Positions 27,833-38,105 are shown, counted from the first letter of the stretch. The stretch: 64,000 nt of DNA from Betaproteobacteria bacterium SCGC AG-212-J23 (GCA_001644455.1 LSTF01000058.1:3879-67878), one strand, 5' to 3'. The notes: a model not told the origin generated them from the letters alone. Program-made: numbers and translations.

Positions 27833-29227
27833 ATGGGGCTGCTCGGCAGCTTCCTCGCGCTCATGGTGAGCGGCATCCCGGTGGCGATCGCCATGGCGAC
27901 CGCGTCGCTCGCCTATGTCATGTGGTCGGGCAGCGTGCCGGACTTCGTCGTCATCCACCGCATGTACGGCGGCGTCGATTCGTTCCCTCTCCTCGCCGTG
28001 CCGTTCTTCATCTGGGCCGGCAACCTGATGAACTCCGCCGGCGTCACCAACCGCATCTACAACTTCGCACTGGCGCTGGTCGGCTGGATGAAGGGCGGCC
28101 TCGGCCACGTCAACGTGGTCGGCTCGATGATCTTCGCCGGCATGTCGGGCACCGCCATCGCCGACGCGGCAGGCCTCGGCACCATCGAGATCAAGGCGAT
28201 GACCGACCACGGCTACTCGAAGGAATTCTCCGTCGGCGTGACCGCGGCTTCCGCCACCGTCGGACCGATCATCCCGCCCTCGCTGCCCTTCGTGATCTAC
28301 GGAATGATGGCGAGCGTTTCCATCGGCCAGCTGTTCCTCGCCGGCGTGATCCCCGGAATCATCATGGGGATCACGATGATGCTCACCGTCGCCTACTTCG
28401 CGTACACACGGAACTACGGGCGCGACGCGGAGTTTTCGCTCGCGAAGCTCGCCAAGGCGGGGCTCGAGATCGCGATGGTGCTCGGCATTCCCTACCTTGC
28501 CTGGCTCGCGACCGAGCTCGGCGTGCCCGGCGGCTGGATGACGCTCGCGACCTTCGCCGCGCTCCTCGTCCTCGACAAGGTGTTCAACTTCTCCGCGGTG
28601 ATGGCACTCCTCACGCCGGTGCTGCTGATCGGCGGCATGACGCTCGGCATTTTCACGCCGACCGAGGGCGCGATCGCCGCTTCGCTCTGGGCGCTCTTCC
28701 TCGGCCTCTTCTGGTACCGCACGCTCGACTGGCGGCGGCTGGTCAAGCTGACCATGGACACGATCGAAACCACGGCGACGGTGCTCTTCATCGTCGCCGC
28801 CGCGTCGATCTTCGGCTGGCTGCTCACCGTGACGCGCGTCACCGACGCGGTCGCCGAGTGGGTGCTCGCCTTCACCAGCAACCCGAACGTGTTCCTGCTG
28901 CTCGCCAACCTGCTGCTGCTCTTCGTCGGCTGCTTTCTCGAGCCGACCGCGGCGATCACCCTGCTCGTGCCGATCCTGATCCCGATCTGCCTCAAGCTCG
29001 GCATCGATCCGGTGCACTTCGGGCTGGTGATGGTGCTCAACCTGATGATCGGCCTGCTGCACCCGCCGATGGGAACGGTGTTGTTCGTGCTCTCGCGCGT
29101 GGCTAAACTGTCCTTCGAGCGAACGACGGTGGCGATCCTGCCCTGGCTGGTGCCGCTCTTCGCGACGCTGATCCTCTGCACCTACGTGCCGCAGATCGTG
29201 CTCTGGCTGCCGAGGAAGTTCTTCTAG
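27833..29227 (+). CDS. TRAP transporter large permease (DctM type)
   Basis: Track ORF, 464 aa, multi-TM, DctM-like. Confidence 0.92.
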   Translation: MGLLGSFLALMVSGIPVAIAMATASLAYVMWSGSVPDFVVIHRMYGGVDSFPLLAVPFFIWAGNLMNSAGVTNRIYNFALALVGWMKGGLGHVNVVGSMIFAGMSGTAIADAAGLGTIEIKAMTDHGYSKEFSVGVTAASATVGPIIPPSLPFVIYGMMASVSIGQLFLAGVIPGIIMGITMMLTVAYFAYTRNYGRDAEFSLAKLAKAGLEIAMVLGIPYLAWLATELGVPGGWMTLATFAALLVLDKVFNFSAVMALLTPVLLIGGMTLGIFTPTEGAIAASLWALFLGLFWYRTLDWRRLVKLTMDTIETTATVLFIVAAASIFGWLLTVTRVTDAVAEWVLAFTSNPNVFLLLANLLLLFVGCFLEPTAAITLLVPILIPICLKLGIDPVHFGLVMVLNLMIGLLHPPMGTVLFVLSRVAKLSFERTTVAILPWLVPLFATLILCTYVPQIVLWLPRKFF

Positions 29228-29235
29228 GAGGCCTC

Positions 29236-30747
29236 ATGCTGCAAGCCGCCGACCTGACCATCCGCCTCCATCCCGAGGACGACGTCGTCATCGCCCGCCT
29301 GGAGATTCCCGCGGGGACGATGCTGACCAAGGAAAACGTGCGCGCCGCGGTGCGCGTCCCTGCCGGCCACAAGATCGCGGTGCGCGCGGTCGAGAAGGGC
29401 AAGCCGGTGCACCGCTACAACCAGATCATCGGCTTCGCCACGCAGCCGATCGCGGCCGGCGACCACGTGCACGTGCACAACGTGGCGATGGGCGACTTCC
29501 AGCGCGACTACGCCTTTGCTTCGTTGAAGAAAGAGACTCAGTTTGTTCCTGAACCGGCGACCTTCATGGGAATCGTCCGGGCGGATGGCCGCGTCGCGAC
29601 GCGCAACTACATCGGCATCCTCACCAGCGTGAACTGCTCGGCGACCGTCGCGCGGATGATCGCGCGGCACTTCGAGAACCGGCTGGACGACTATCCGAAC
29701 GTCGACGGCGTGGTGGCGCTCACCCACAAGACCGGCTGCGGCATGGCGAGCGAAGGCGAAGCGACCGACGTACTGCGGCGCACGATCGCCGGCTATGCCC
29801 GTCACCCGAACTTCTTCTCCTCGCAGCTCGTCGGACTCGGTTGTGAAGCCAACCAGGTGAACATGCTCGTTGCAGCCCAGAAGCTGAAGGGGCTGAGCAC
29901 ATTCACCATTCAGGAGAAAGGTGGAACGCGAAAGGCGGTCGAGAACGGCATCGCGCGCGTGAAGGAAATGCTGCCGGAGGCGAACAAGGTCAAGCGCGTG
30001 CCAGTGCCCGCAAGCCACCTCATCCTCGGCCTGCAGTGCGGCGGTTCCGACGGCTACTCGGGCATCAGCGCCAATCCCGCGCTCGGCGCGGCGGTGGACC
30101 TGCTGGTGCGCCATGGCGGCACGGCGATTCTCTCCGAGACGCCGGAGATCTACGGCGCCGAGCATCTGCTGACTCGCAGAGCTGTCAGCAAGGCCGTCGG
30201 CGAGAAACTGATCGAGCGGATCCACTGGTGGGAGGACTACACGAAGCGGAACGGCAACGAGATGAACAACAACCCCTCGCCGGGCAACAAGGCCGGCGGC
30301 CTGACGACCATCCTCGAAAAGTCGCTCGGCGCGGTGGCGAAGGGCGGCACCACCAACCTCGTCGACGTCTACGAGTACGCGCAGCCGGTGACCGCGAAAG
30401 GCTTCGTCTACATGGACACGCCGGGCTACGACCCGGTGTCGGCGACCGGCCAGGTGGCGGGCGGCGCGAACATGATCTGCTTCACCACCGGCCGCGGCTC
30501 GGCGTACGGCTGCAAGCCCTCCCCTTCGCTCAAGCTCGCCACCAACACGCCGCTCTTCGTCCACCAGGAAGAGGACATGGACATCAACTGCGGCACGATC
30601 ATCGACGGCACCGAGACCATCCAGCAGGCCGGCGAGCGCTTCTTCCAGATGATTCTCGCCACCGCGTCCGGAAAGAAATCGAAGTCGGAGGAATTCGGCT
30701 ACGGCGAGGACGAGTTCGCGCCGTGGACGCTCGGCGCGACAATGTAG
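29236..30747 (+). CDS. UxaA/GarD-family sugar-acid dehydratase (SAF domain + altronate/galactarate dehydratase domain)
   Basis: Track ORF, 503 aa, preceded by AGGAGG. N-terminal SAF-like segment (IPAGHKIAVRAV...GDHVHVHNV) and a C-terminal UxaA-like region. Confidence 0.88.
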   Translation: MLQAADLTIRLHPEDDVVIARLEIPAGTMLTKENVRAAVRVPAGHKIAVRAVEKGKPVHRYNQIIGFATQPIAAGDHVHVHNVAMGDFQRDYAFASLKKETQFVPEPATFMGIVRADGRVATRNYIGILTSVNCSATVARMIARHFENRLDDYPNVDGVVALTHKTGCGMASEGEATDVLRRTIAGYARHPNFFSSQLVGLGCEANQVNMLVAAQKLKGLSTFTIQEKGGTRKAVENGIARVKEMLPEANKVKRVPVPASHLILGLQCGGSDGYSGISANPALGAAVDLLVRHGGTAILSETPEIYGAEHLLTRRAVSKAVGEKLIERIHWWEDYTKRNGNEMNNNPSPGNKAGGLTTILEKSLGAVAKGGTTNLVDVYEYAQPVTAKGFVYMDTPGYDPVSATGQVAGGANMICFTTGRGSAYGCKPSPSLKLATNTPLFVHQEEDMDINCGTIIDGTETIQQAGERFFQMILATASGKKSKSEEFGYGEDEFAPWTLGATM

Positions 30748-30748
30748 T

Positions 30749-31468
30749 TTGACCCCGCGCTTCTACGTCGACGAGCCGCTGCGCGCCGGCGGCGTGCTCA
30801 CGTTGTCGGAGGACGCGGCGCATCATGGGATCCGCGTGCTGCGCCTGCGCGACGGCGACGACATCACGCTCTTCAACGGCCGCGGCGGCGAGTTCGCCGC
30901 GCGGATCGCTTCCGTCCAGCGCCTGAGGATGCTGGTCGACGTGCTGCAGCACCGGGCGATCGAGCGCGAGTCGCCGCTACGCGTCACGCTCGTGCAGGGC
31001 GTCTCGGCGGGCGAGAAGATGGACAGCACCGTGCGCAAGGCGGTCGAGCTCGGCGTCGCCGAAATCCAGCCGGTGCTCGCCACGCGCTCGGTGGCGCGGC
31101 CCAAAGGAGAGCGCGCCGACAGCCGGCGCGAGCACTGGCAAAAGGTGGTGATCGCCGCGTGCGAACAATGCGGCCGGAACCGCATCCCCGAAGTGCTGCC
31201 GCTTGTCGTGCTGTCCGACTACCGTTCTCGACACGGAACGAAGCTGCTGCTCTCGCTCCTGTCCGAGCTGTCGCTCTCGAAGTTGAAGCTGGAGGGTGAC
31301 GACTTCACGATCGCCGCAGGGCCCGAAGCGGGTTTCACGCCCGAGGAAGAAACTGCGCTCGCGGCGCAGGGGTTCGTCCCGGTCAGGATCGGCGCGCGCG
31401 TGCTGCGCACCGAGACGGCGGCGCTTGCCGCCGTCGCCGCGCTCAACGCTCTGCGGGGAGACTTCTAG
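30749..31468 (+). CDS. rsmE: 16S rRNA (uracil1498-N3)-methyltransferase
   Basis: Track ORF with a TTG start one nt after the uxaA-like stop. (M)TPRFYVDEPL and IAACEQCGRNRIPEV match the RsmE pattern. Confidence 0.9.
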   Translation: MTPRFYVDEPLRAGGVLTLSEDAAHHGIRVLRLRDGDDITLFNGRGGEFAARIASVQRLRMLVDVLQHRAIERESPLRVTLVQGVSAGEKMDSTVRKAVELGVAEIQPVLATRSVARPKGERADSRREHWQKVVIAACEQCGRNRIPEVLPLVVLSDYRSRHGTKLLLSLLSELSLSKLKLEGDDFTIAAGPEAGFTPEEETALAAQGFVPVRIGARVLRTETAALAAVAALNALRGDF

Positions 31469-32027
31469 AGAGCAGTGTCGCCAGCCGCTCGTTGCCGTTG
31501 GCGCGGGCGATCTCGGCCGCGTTGCGGCCGCGCCAGTCGGTAGCGCCAAGGTTCACGCCCTTGCCGGCGACGAACAGCTCGACCGCAAGCGCGTCGTTGC
31601 GTTTCACCGCATCGAGGAAGTCGCTCGAGTCGTGATACTTCAGGCCCATCGCGGTGAGATCCTTGCGCGCCTGCACCGAGTCGGTCGCCGACAATTGTGC
31701 CGCCGCCGGCGCCGAGAAAGGCGTCGCGCTGCGGCGGGCGATGGAAACCAGGTCCGCGCCGATCGCCGAGAACTGCGAGCGGGTCGCCGGCGACATGTCG
31801 GCGGTCATTTCCTGCAGCAGGCCAGACGCCGCCTTGTTCGCACTCTCGTTCCGGCCGGAGAGCACGTCGGCGATATCGCGCTCCGGGGTAGCCGACTGCG
31901 CGGCGATGCTGGTGAACGTCTGGATCAGGGTCAGGAAGTGCCCGAACATGGCGTCTTCCTCGGCGGCCGTCGCTGCAATCGGCAACGCGCACAGCAAAGC
32001 GATCAGTATCTTCATACCGGCGAGCAT
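31443..32027 (-). CDS. Secreted ankyrin-repeat protein
   Basis: Track ORF with signal peptide MKILIALLCALPIAATAA. C-terminal ankyrin-like repeats (FLDAVKRNDALAVELFVAGKGVNLGATDWRGRNAAEIARANGNERLATLL). The start is 32027 or 32015. Confidence 0.7.
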   Translation of the reverse strand: MLAGMKILIALLCALPIAATAAEEDAMFGHFLTLIQTFTSIAAQSATPERDIADVLSGRNESANKAASGLLQEMTADMSPATRSQFSAIGADLVSIARRSATPFSAPAAAQLSATDSVQARKDLTAMGLKYHDSSDFLDAVKRNDALAVELFVAGKGVNLGATDWRGRNAAEIARANGNERLATLLSRSLPAER

Positions 32028-32076
32028 AGCGCAAACACGCGACGCGGCGATTGCACTTACAATTTGAAAAAATTAC

Positions 32077-33384
32077 ATGGCTGAAAACTTCGTCCGCTGG
32101 TTTCGTCAGGTCGCGCCCTACGTGCACGACTTCGGCGGCCGCACGTTCGTCGTCGCCTTCGGCGGCGAGCTGGTCGCGGAGCGCGCGCGCTTTGCGAGTT
32201 TCATCCACGACGTCAACGTGCTCGCCTCGCTCGAGATCCGGCTGGTGCTGGTGCATGGCGCGCGACTACAGATCGAAGCGGAGTTGAAGCGCCAGGGGCT
32301 GCGCTCGAAGTATGCGCAGGGTCTGCGTATCACGGATGAGGGCGCGCTCACCGCGGTGAAGCACGCTGCCGGCGTGCTGCGCGTCGAGATCGAGGCGCTG
32401 CTCTCGCAGGGCCTGCCCAACTCGCCGATGGCGCGCGCGCAGATCCGCGTCGTCTCGGGCAACTACATCACCGCGCGCCCGATCGGCGTGCGCAAGGGAG
32501 TCGATTTCCTCTTCACCGGCGCGGTGCGCAAGGTGGACGCGGCGGCGCTCTCCAGCCATCTCGACGTCGCCGACATCGTGCTCGTGCCGCCCCTGGGCTA
32601 CTCGACCACGGGCGAGGTGTTCAACCTCTCATGGGAAGACGTCGCCGAGAACGTCGCGGTGGCGCTGAAGGCGGACAAGCTGCTCATGTACACCGAAAAG
32701 CTGCCCACTGATCGCAAGGGCAACGTCGTCTCCGAGCTCACTGCCGACGAGGCGGCGACGATCTCCGGCAAGAAGACCGACCTCACGCCGGCGGCGAGCC
32801 GCACGCTGGAGCATCTCGCTCGCGCGGTCAAGGCCGGCGTGGGTCGCGGCCACCTGGTGACGCGGCGCGCGGAAGGCTCGCTGCTGCAGGAGCTCTTCAC
32901 GCATGCCGGGGTCGGCACCATGGTGACCGCCGATGCGACCGAGCGGCTGCGGGCGGCGAAGATCGAGGATGTGCGCGGCATGCTGGCGCTGATCGAGCCG
33001 CTCGAGGCCGAAGGCACGCTGGTCAAGCGCAGCCGCGAGTTGATCGAGGCGGAGATCGGCAACTTCCTCGTCGTCGAGCACGACGGCGTCATCGTCGGCT
33101 GCGCGGCGCTGTACCCGTATCCCGACGACAAGAGCGCCGAGTTCGCCTGCCTTGCGGTCGCCGATGGCTACCGCGAGGCGGGCTATGGCGAGCGGTTGCT
33201 GAAGACTTGCGAGGAGCGGGCGCGCGGCTTGCGGCTGCGGCGAATCTTCGCCCTCACCACGCACGCCGCGCACTGGTTCCTCGAGCAGGGCTTTCGCGCC
33301 GCCGACGTCAAGGCGCTGCCCGAGCAGCGGCAGGCGCTCTACAACTGGAAGCGCGGCTCGAAGGTCTTTTTGAAGCGCATATAA
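32077..33384 (+). CDS. argA: Amino-acid N-acetyltransferase (N-acetylglutamate synthase)
   Basis: Track ORF, 435 aa with an N-terminal amino-acid-kinase-like domain and a C-terminal GNAT. N-terminus [27 protein letters not shown]. Confidence 0.9.
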   Translation: MAENFVRWFRQVAPYVHDFGGRTFVVAFGGELVAERARFASFIHDVNVLASLEIRLVLVHGARLQIEAELKRQGLRSKYAQGLRITDEGALTAVKHAAGVLRVEIEALLSQGLPNSPMARAQIRVVSGNYITARPIGVRKGVDFLFTGAVRKVDAAALSSHLDVADIVLVPPLGYSTTGEVFNLSWEDVAENVAVALKADKLLMYTEKLPTDRKGNVVSELTADEAATISGKKTDLTPAASRTLEHLARAVKAGVGRGHLVTRRAEGSLLQELFTHAGVGTMVTADATERLRAAKIEDVRGMLALIEPLEAEGTLVKRSRELIEAEIGNFLVVEHDGVIVGCAALYPYPDDKSAEFACLAVADGYREAGYGERLLKTCEERARGLRLRRIFALTTHAAHWFLEQGFRAADVKALPEQRQALYNWKRGSKVFLKRI

Positions 33385-33385
33385 T
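33380..33385 (+). promoter_or_regulatory. Perfect TATAAT overlapping the argA stop, 6 nt upstream of the yggX ATG
   Basis: The sequence reads CATATAATcggccgATG. With a 6-nt gap the A of the ATG falls at the canonical +1. There is no Shine-Dalgarno. Confidence 0.4.
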
Positions 33386-33391
33386 CGGCCG

Positions 33392-33664
33392 ATGGCAAGG
33401 ACAGTGAAGTGCGTAAAGCTGGGGCGCGAGGCCGACGGCATGGACTTCCCGCCCTACCCGGGCGCGCTCGGCAAGCGCATCTGGGAGAGCGTTTCCAAGG
33501 AAGCCTGGGCGCAGTGGCTGAAGCAGCAGACCATGCTGGTCAACGAGAACCGGCTCAACCTCGCCGACCCGCGCGCGCGCAAATACCTCATGGAGCAGAC
33601 CGAGCGGCATTTCTTCGGCGAAGGCGCCGACACCGCCTCGGGCTACGTCCCGCCGCCGAAGTAG
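33392..33664 (+). CDS. yggX: Fe(2+)-trafficking / oxidative-damage protection protein
   Basis: Track ORF, 90 aa. [24 protein letters not shown]...[15 protein letters not shown] is the YggX pattern. Confidence 0.9.
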   Translation: MARTVKCVKLGREADGMDFPPYPGALGKRIWESVSKEAWAQWLKQQTMLVNENRLNLADPRARKYLMEQTERHFFGEGADTASGYVPPPK

Positions 33665-33668
33665 TCCT

Positions 33669-35102
<1,434 letters not shown>

Positions 35103-35661
35103 GAACGAACGTCGGCGCTCCGAATACGCCCAGGCGCTCGGCCTCCTCGCTGTAGCGCCGGTACAGGTCCTGGACCTTCGGGCTCATCTCCTCTTTCTGT
35201 AGATCCTTCCCGGGAAGCCCGTTCTCGTTCGCTACCGCCATCCGTACCGCCGGATCAGCGGTGTCACGTTCCTCGGCCCATAGCGCGCGCAACAACGCAT
35301 GCGAAAGGCGTTGCGCGTCCAGCCCGCGCTCCTGGGCGGCGATCACCATCCAGCCGGGCGGCTTGTTCCAGCCGGCGGGCTTGCCGTCCTGCGGGTAGTG
35401 CTTCGGCACCAGGTTGAGCGGCATGCCGAGGTGCTTGCGCCAGCGATCGAGCTCGAGCGCGTGGTAGCTGCGGCGCGGTTCGGGACGCGTGCGAAGCGGG
35501 ATCCCGCCGGTGCGCGGCACGATCTCCTGGAAGTCGAAGGGCTTGAGGACGAGCTGCGCCTGGTGGCGGCGAACGATCTCGTAAAGGCGCGGGCCGGCGA
35601 AATACGCCCACGGCGAAGAGAGGCTGTAGAAGCAGGAGACTTCCACCGTTAAGCTTGTCCC

Positions 35662-36759
35662 ATGGGTAAAGGCATCAGCATAGACCGCAGCAAGCGGCTG
35701 CGCGAAGAGCCGCACAAGGGGCATAACCGCTGGCACCCGGACATTGCGCCGGTCATCGAGGTGGCGCCGGGCGAGGAGGTGACGCTCGAGACGCGCGACG
35801 CCATGGACCTGCAGATCGGGCCGCGCACGACGGTGGCCGACCTGGAGAAGATGGAGCGCACGGTGGCGCATCCGCTCACCGGGCCCGTGTACGTGAAAGG
35901 CGCGAAACCGGGCGACCTGCTGGAAATCGAGCACGTCGACATCCTGCCGGAGCGCTACGGCTGGACGCGCTTCTCCCCGGGCTTCGGCTTCCTGCCGGAT
36001 CTCTTCGACCACTATTTCGTCGCGCACTGGGAGATCACATCCGAATACGCCACCTCCCCGCAGCTTCCGGGCGTGCGCATCCCGAACGGCGCCTTCATGG
36101 GCACCGCGGGCGTCGCGCCGTCACGCGAGCAGCTGAAGCGCTGGACGGCGAGGGAACGGGAATTGGCCGATCGCGGCGGCCGGGTGATGTTGCCCACCGC
36201 CGCGGCTGCGGTGCCCGCGCAACGGCCGATCGCGGAAGAAGGCCTGCGCACCATCCCGCCGCGCGAGAATTGCGGCAACGCGGACGTAAAGCAGCTGACC
36301 CGCGGTTCGAAGCTCTACGTGCCGGTGGCCGTGGACGGCGCGCTCTACTCGGTGGGCGACGGGCACTTCGCACAGGGAGACGCGGAGTGCTGCGGCACCG
36401 CGATCGAGATGGGGGCGACCGCGGTCGTCCGCTTCAAGATTCACAAGGATCTCGCGAGAACCAAGAACATCGCGTGGCCGCGCTTTTCGCATCCGAAATA
36501 CTTTGCCAAGGTGGAGCAGAACTTCATCGCCACCATGGGCATGCCGGTCACGCCGGAAGGCCGCCAGGAGAATGGCGACCTCAACCTCGCCGCGCGCAAC
36601 GCCGTGATCCGCATGATCGAGCTCCTCGAGGAGCGCGGCTGGACGCGCGAGCAGGCATACGTGCTGTGCAGCGTCGCGGTCGACCTGAGGGTGAGCAACG
36701 TGGTGGACATGCCGAACGTCACCGTCTCCGCGTTCCTGCCCGAAGACATCTTCTCCTGA
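35662..36759 (+). CDS. Acetamidase/formamidase (FmdA/AmdA) family amidohydrolase
   Basis: Track ORF, 365 aa. Segments such as HNRWHPDI, LTGPVYVKGAKPGD and YSVGDGHFAQGDAECCGTAIE are typical of the family. Confidence 0.85.
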   Translation: MGKGISIDRSKRLREEPHKGHNRWHPDIAPVIEVAPGEEVTLETRDAMDLQIGPRTTVADLEKMERTVAHPLTGPVYVKGAKPGDLLEIEHVDILPERYGWTRFSPGFGFLPDLFDHYFVAHWEITSEYATSPQLPGVRIPNGAFMGTAGVAPSREQLKRWTARERELADRGGRVMLPTAAAAVPAQRPIAEEGLRTIPPRENCGNADVKQLTRGSKLYVPVAVDGALYSVGDGHFAQGDAECCGTAIEMGATAVVRFKIHKDLARTKNIAWPRFSHPKYFAKVEQNFIATMGMPVTPEGRQENGDLNLAARNAVIRMIELLEERGWTREQAYVLCSVAVDLRVSNVVDMPNVTVSAFLPEDIFS

Positions 36760-38105
36760 TGAGTCTTTCGGAACTCGAAGCGCTCGCGCGCCACGAGCTT
36801 GCGCAGCTCAACTATCCGGCGAGCAACTGGGTTCTGCCGCATGAGGGATTGCTCGACGTGCTGGTCGTGGGCGGCGGCATGTGCGGCCAGACGGCGACGT
36901 TCGCACTGCTGCGCGAAGGCGTGCGCAACCTGCGCTGCGTCGATCGCGCGCCGCGCAGGCGCGAGGGGCCGTGGACCACCTTCGCGCGCATGGACATCCT
37001 GCGCTCGCCGAAGCACCTCACTGGTCCCGACCTCGGCGTTGCCTCGCTCACCTACCGCGCATGGCACGAGGCGAAGTACGGCGTAGCTCACTGGCAGCAA
37101 CTGCACAAGATCCCGCGCCTCGACTGGGCCGACTACCTGATGTGGGTGCGCGAGACCGTGCAGATTCCCATCGAGAACGAACAGGAAGTCCTCAGCGTCT
37201 CTCCCCGGGGCGATCTTGTCGAAGTGAAGTTGAGAAACCAGACAGTTCGCTGCCGCAAAGTCGTGCTCGCCATGGGACGCGAAGGCAGCGGCGCGCCGAG
37301 ATGGCCATCAGAGAACAAGCCGGAAGGCGCGTACCACTCCGCCGATGACATCGATTTCAAGGCGCTTAAGGACAAGCGCGTCGGCGTGCTCGGCGCAGGC
37401 GCATCGGCTTTCGACAACGCGGCCGAGGCCCTCGAGGCGGGTGCGGCGCAGGTCGTCATGTTCGCGCGCCGCCCGCACCTGCCGCAGGTCAACAAATCGA
37501 AGTGGGCGTCATTTCCGGGCTTCCAGCACGGCTACGCTCATCTCGATGACGCGAGCCGCTGGCGCTTCTATACGTACATCCTGTCGGAGCAGGTACCGCC
37601 GCCCTACGAGAGCGTGCTTCGCTGCGAGAAGCATGCGGGATTCTCGATCCGCTTCTCCAAGGGCTGGAAGGACATGGCGCACGAGAGCTTCGACGCGGTG
37701 ATCGTCTGCACCGGCTTTGATGTGAACCTGCTCGACCGGCCCGAGGTCTCGTCTTTCCGCGACGCGATCGAGACCTGGCGCTCGCATGTGCCGCCCGCGG
37801 AGTCCGAAAAGTTTCCCGAGGAAGCTCGCTTTCCCTACCTGGGAGACGCATTCCAGCTGAAGGGAACGATGCCGGGAATCGGGCGTGTGCACGTTTTCAA
37901 CTGGGGCTCGACCATGAGCCACGGCGCGCTGGCCGGTGACATCCCGGGAATCGAGACCGGCGCGCGCCGCCTCGTCTCGGGAATCGTGCGCGATCTCTTC
38001 GTCGAGGACGCCGATCGCTACTGGGAGCGCGTCCAGACGCACAACGAAGACGAGCTCAAAGCGACGCGCTACTTCGTCAGTCTATCGTCGCGCCGACGGC
38101 CTTGA
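36759..38105 (+). CDS. Two-dinucleotide-binding flavoprotein, SidA/IucD/PvdA-like N-monooxygenase family
   Basis: ATG 36759 is residue 164 of track ORF 36270..38105 and overlaps the formamidase stop (TGATG). FAD loop VVGGGMCGQ, second loop VLGAGASAFD, and an ATG-like motif DAVIVCTGFD. Confidence 0.75.
   Translation: MSLSELEALARHELAQLNYPASNWVLPHEGLLDVLVVGGGMCGQTATFALLREGVRNLRCVDRAPRRREGPWTTFARMDILRSPKHLTGPDLGVASLTYRAWHEAKYGVAHWQQLHKIPRLDWADYLMWVRETVQIPIENEQEVLSVSPRGDLVEVKLRNQTVRCRKVVLAMGREGSGAPRWPSENKPEGAYHSADDIDFKALKDKRVGVLGAGASAFDNAAEALEAGAAQVVMFARRPHLPQVNKSKWASFPGFQHGYAHLDDASRWRFYTYILSEQVPPPYESVLRCEKHAGFSIRFSKGWKDMAHESFDAVIVCTGFDVNLLDRPEVSSFRDAIETWRSHVPPAESEKFPEEARFPYLGDAFQLKGTMPGIGRVHVFNWGSTMSHGALAGDIPGIETGARRLVSGIVRDLFVEDADRYWERVQTHNEDELKATRYFVSLSSRRRP

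Noticed and set aside
32051-32056. TTGCAC as a -35 box for argA paired with a hexamer overlapping the ATG.
   Set aside because: With 16-17-nt spacing the -10 would be TTACAT or TACATG, which are poor matches. TACAAT at 32058-32063 is the better -10 candidate but then lacks a -35, so I gave no promoter feature for argA.
35647-35661. 15-nt divergent spacer checked for the ATTATA(A/C)T bidirectional core.
   Set aside because: The sequence cgttaagcttgtccc has no -10-like hexamer. Promoters for these two genes must lie inside the neighbouring coding regions, so it is not part of the pattern.
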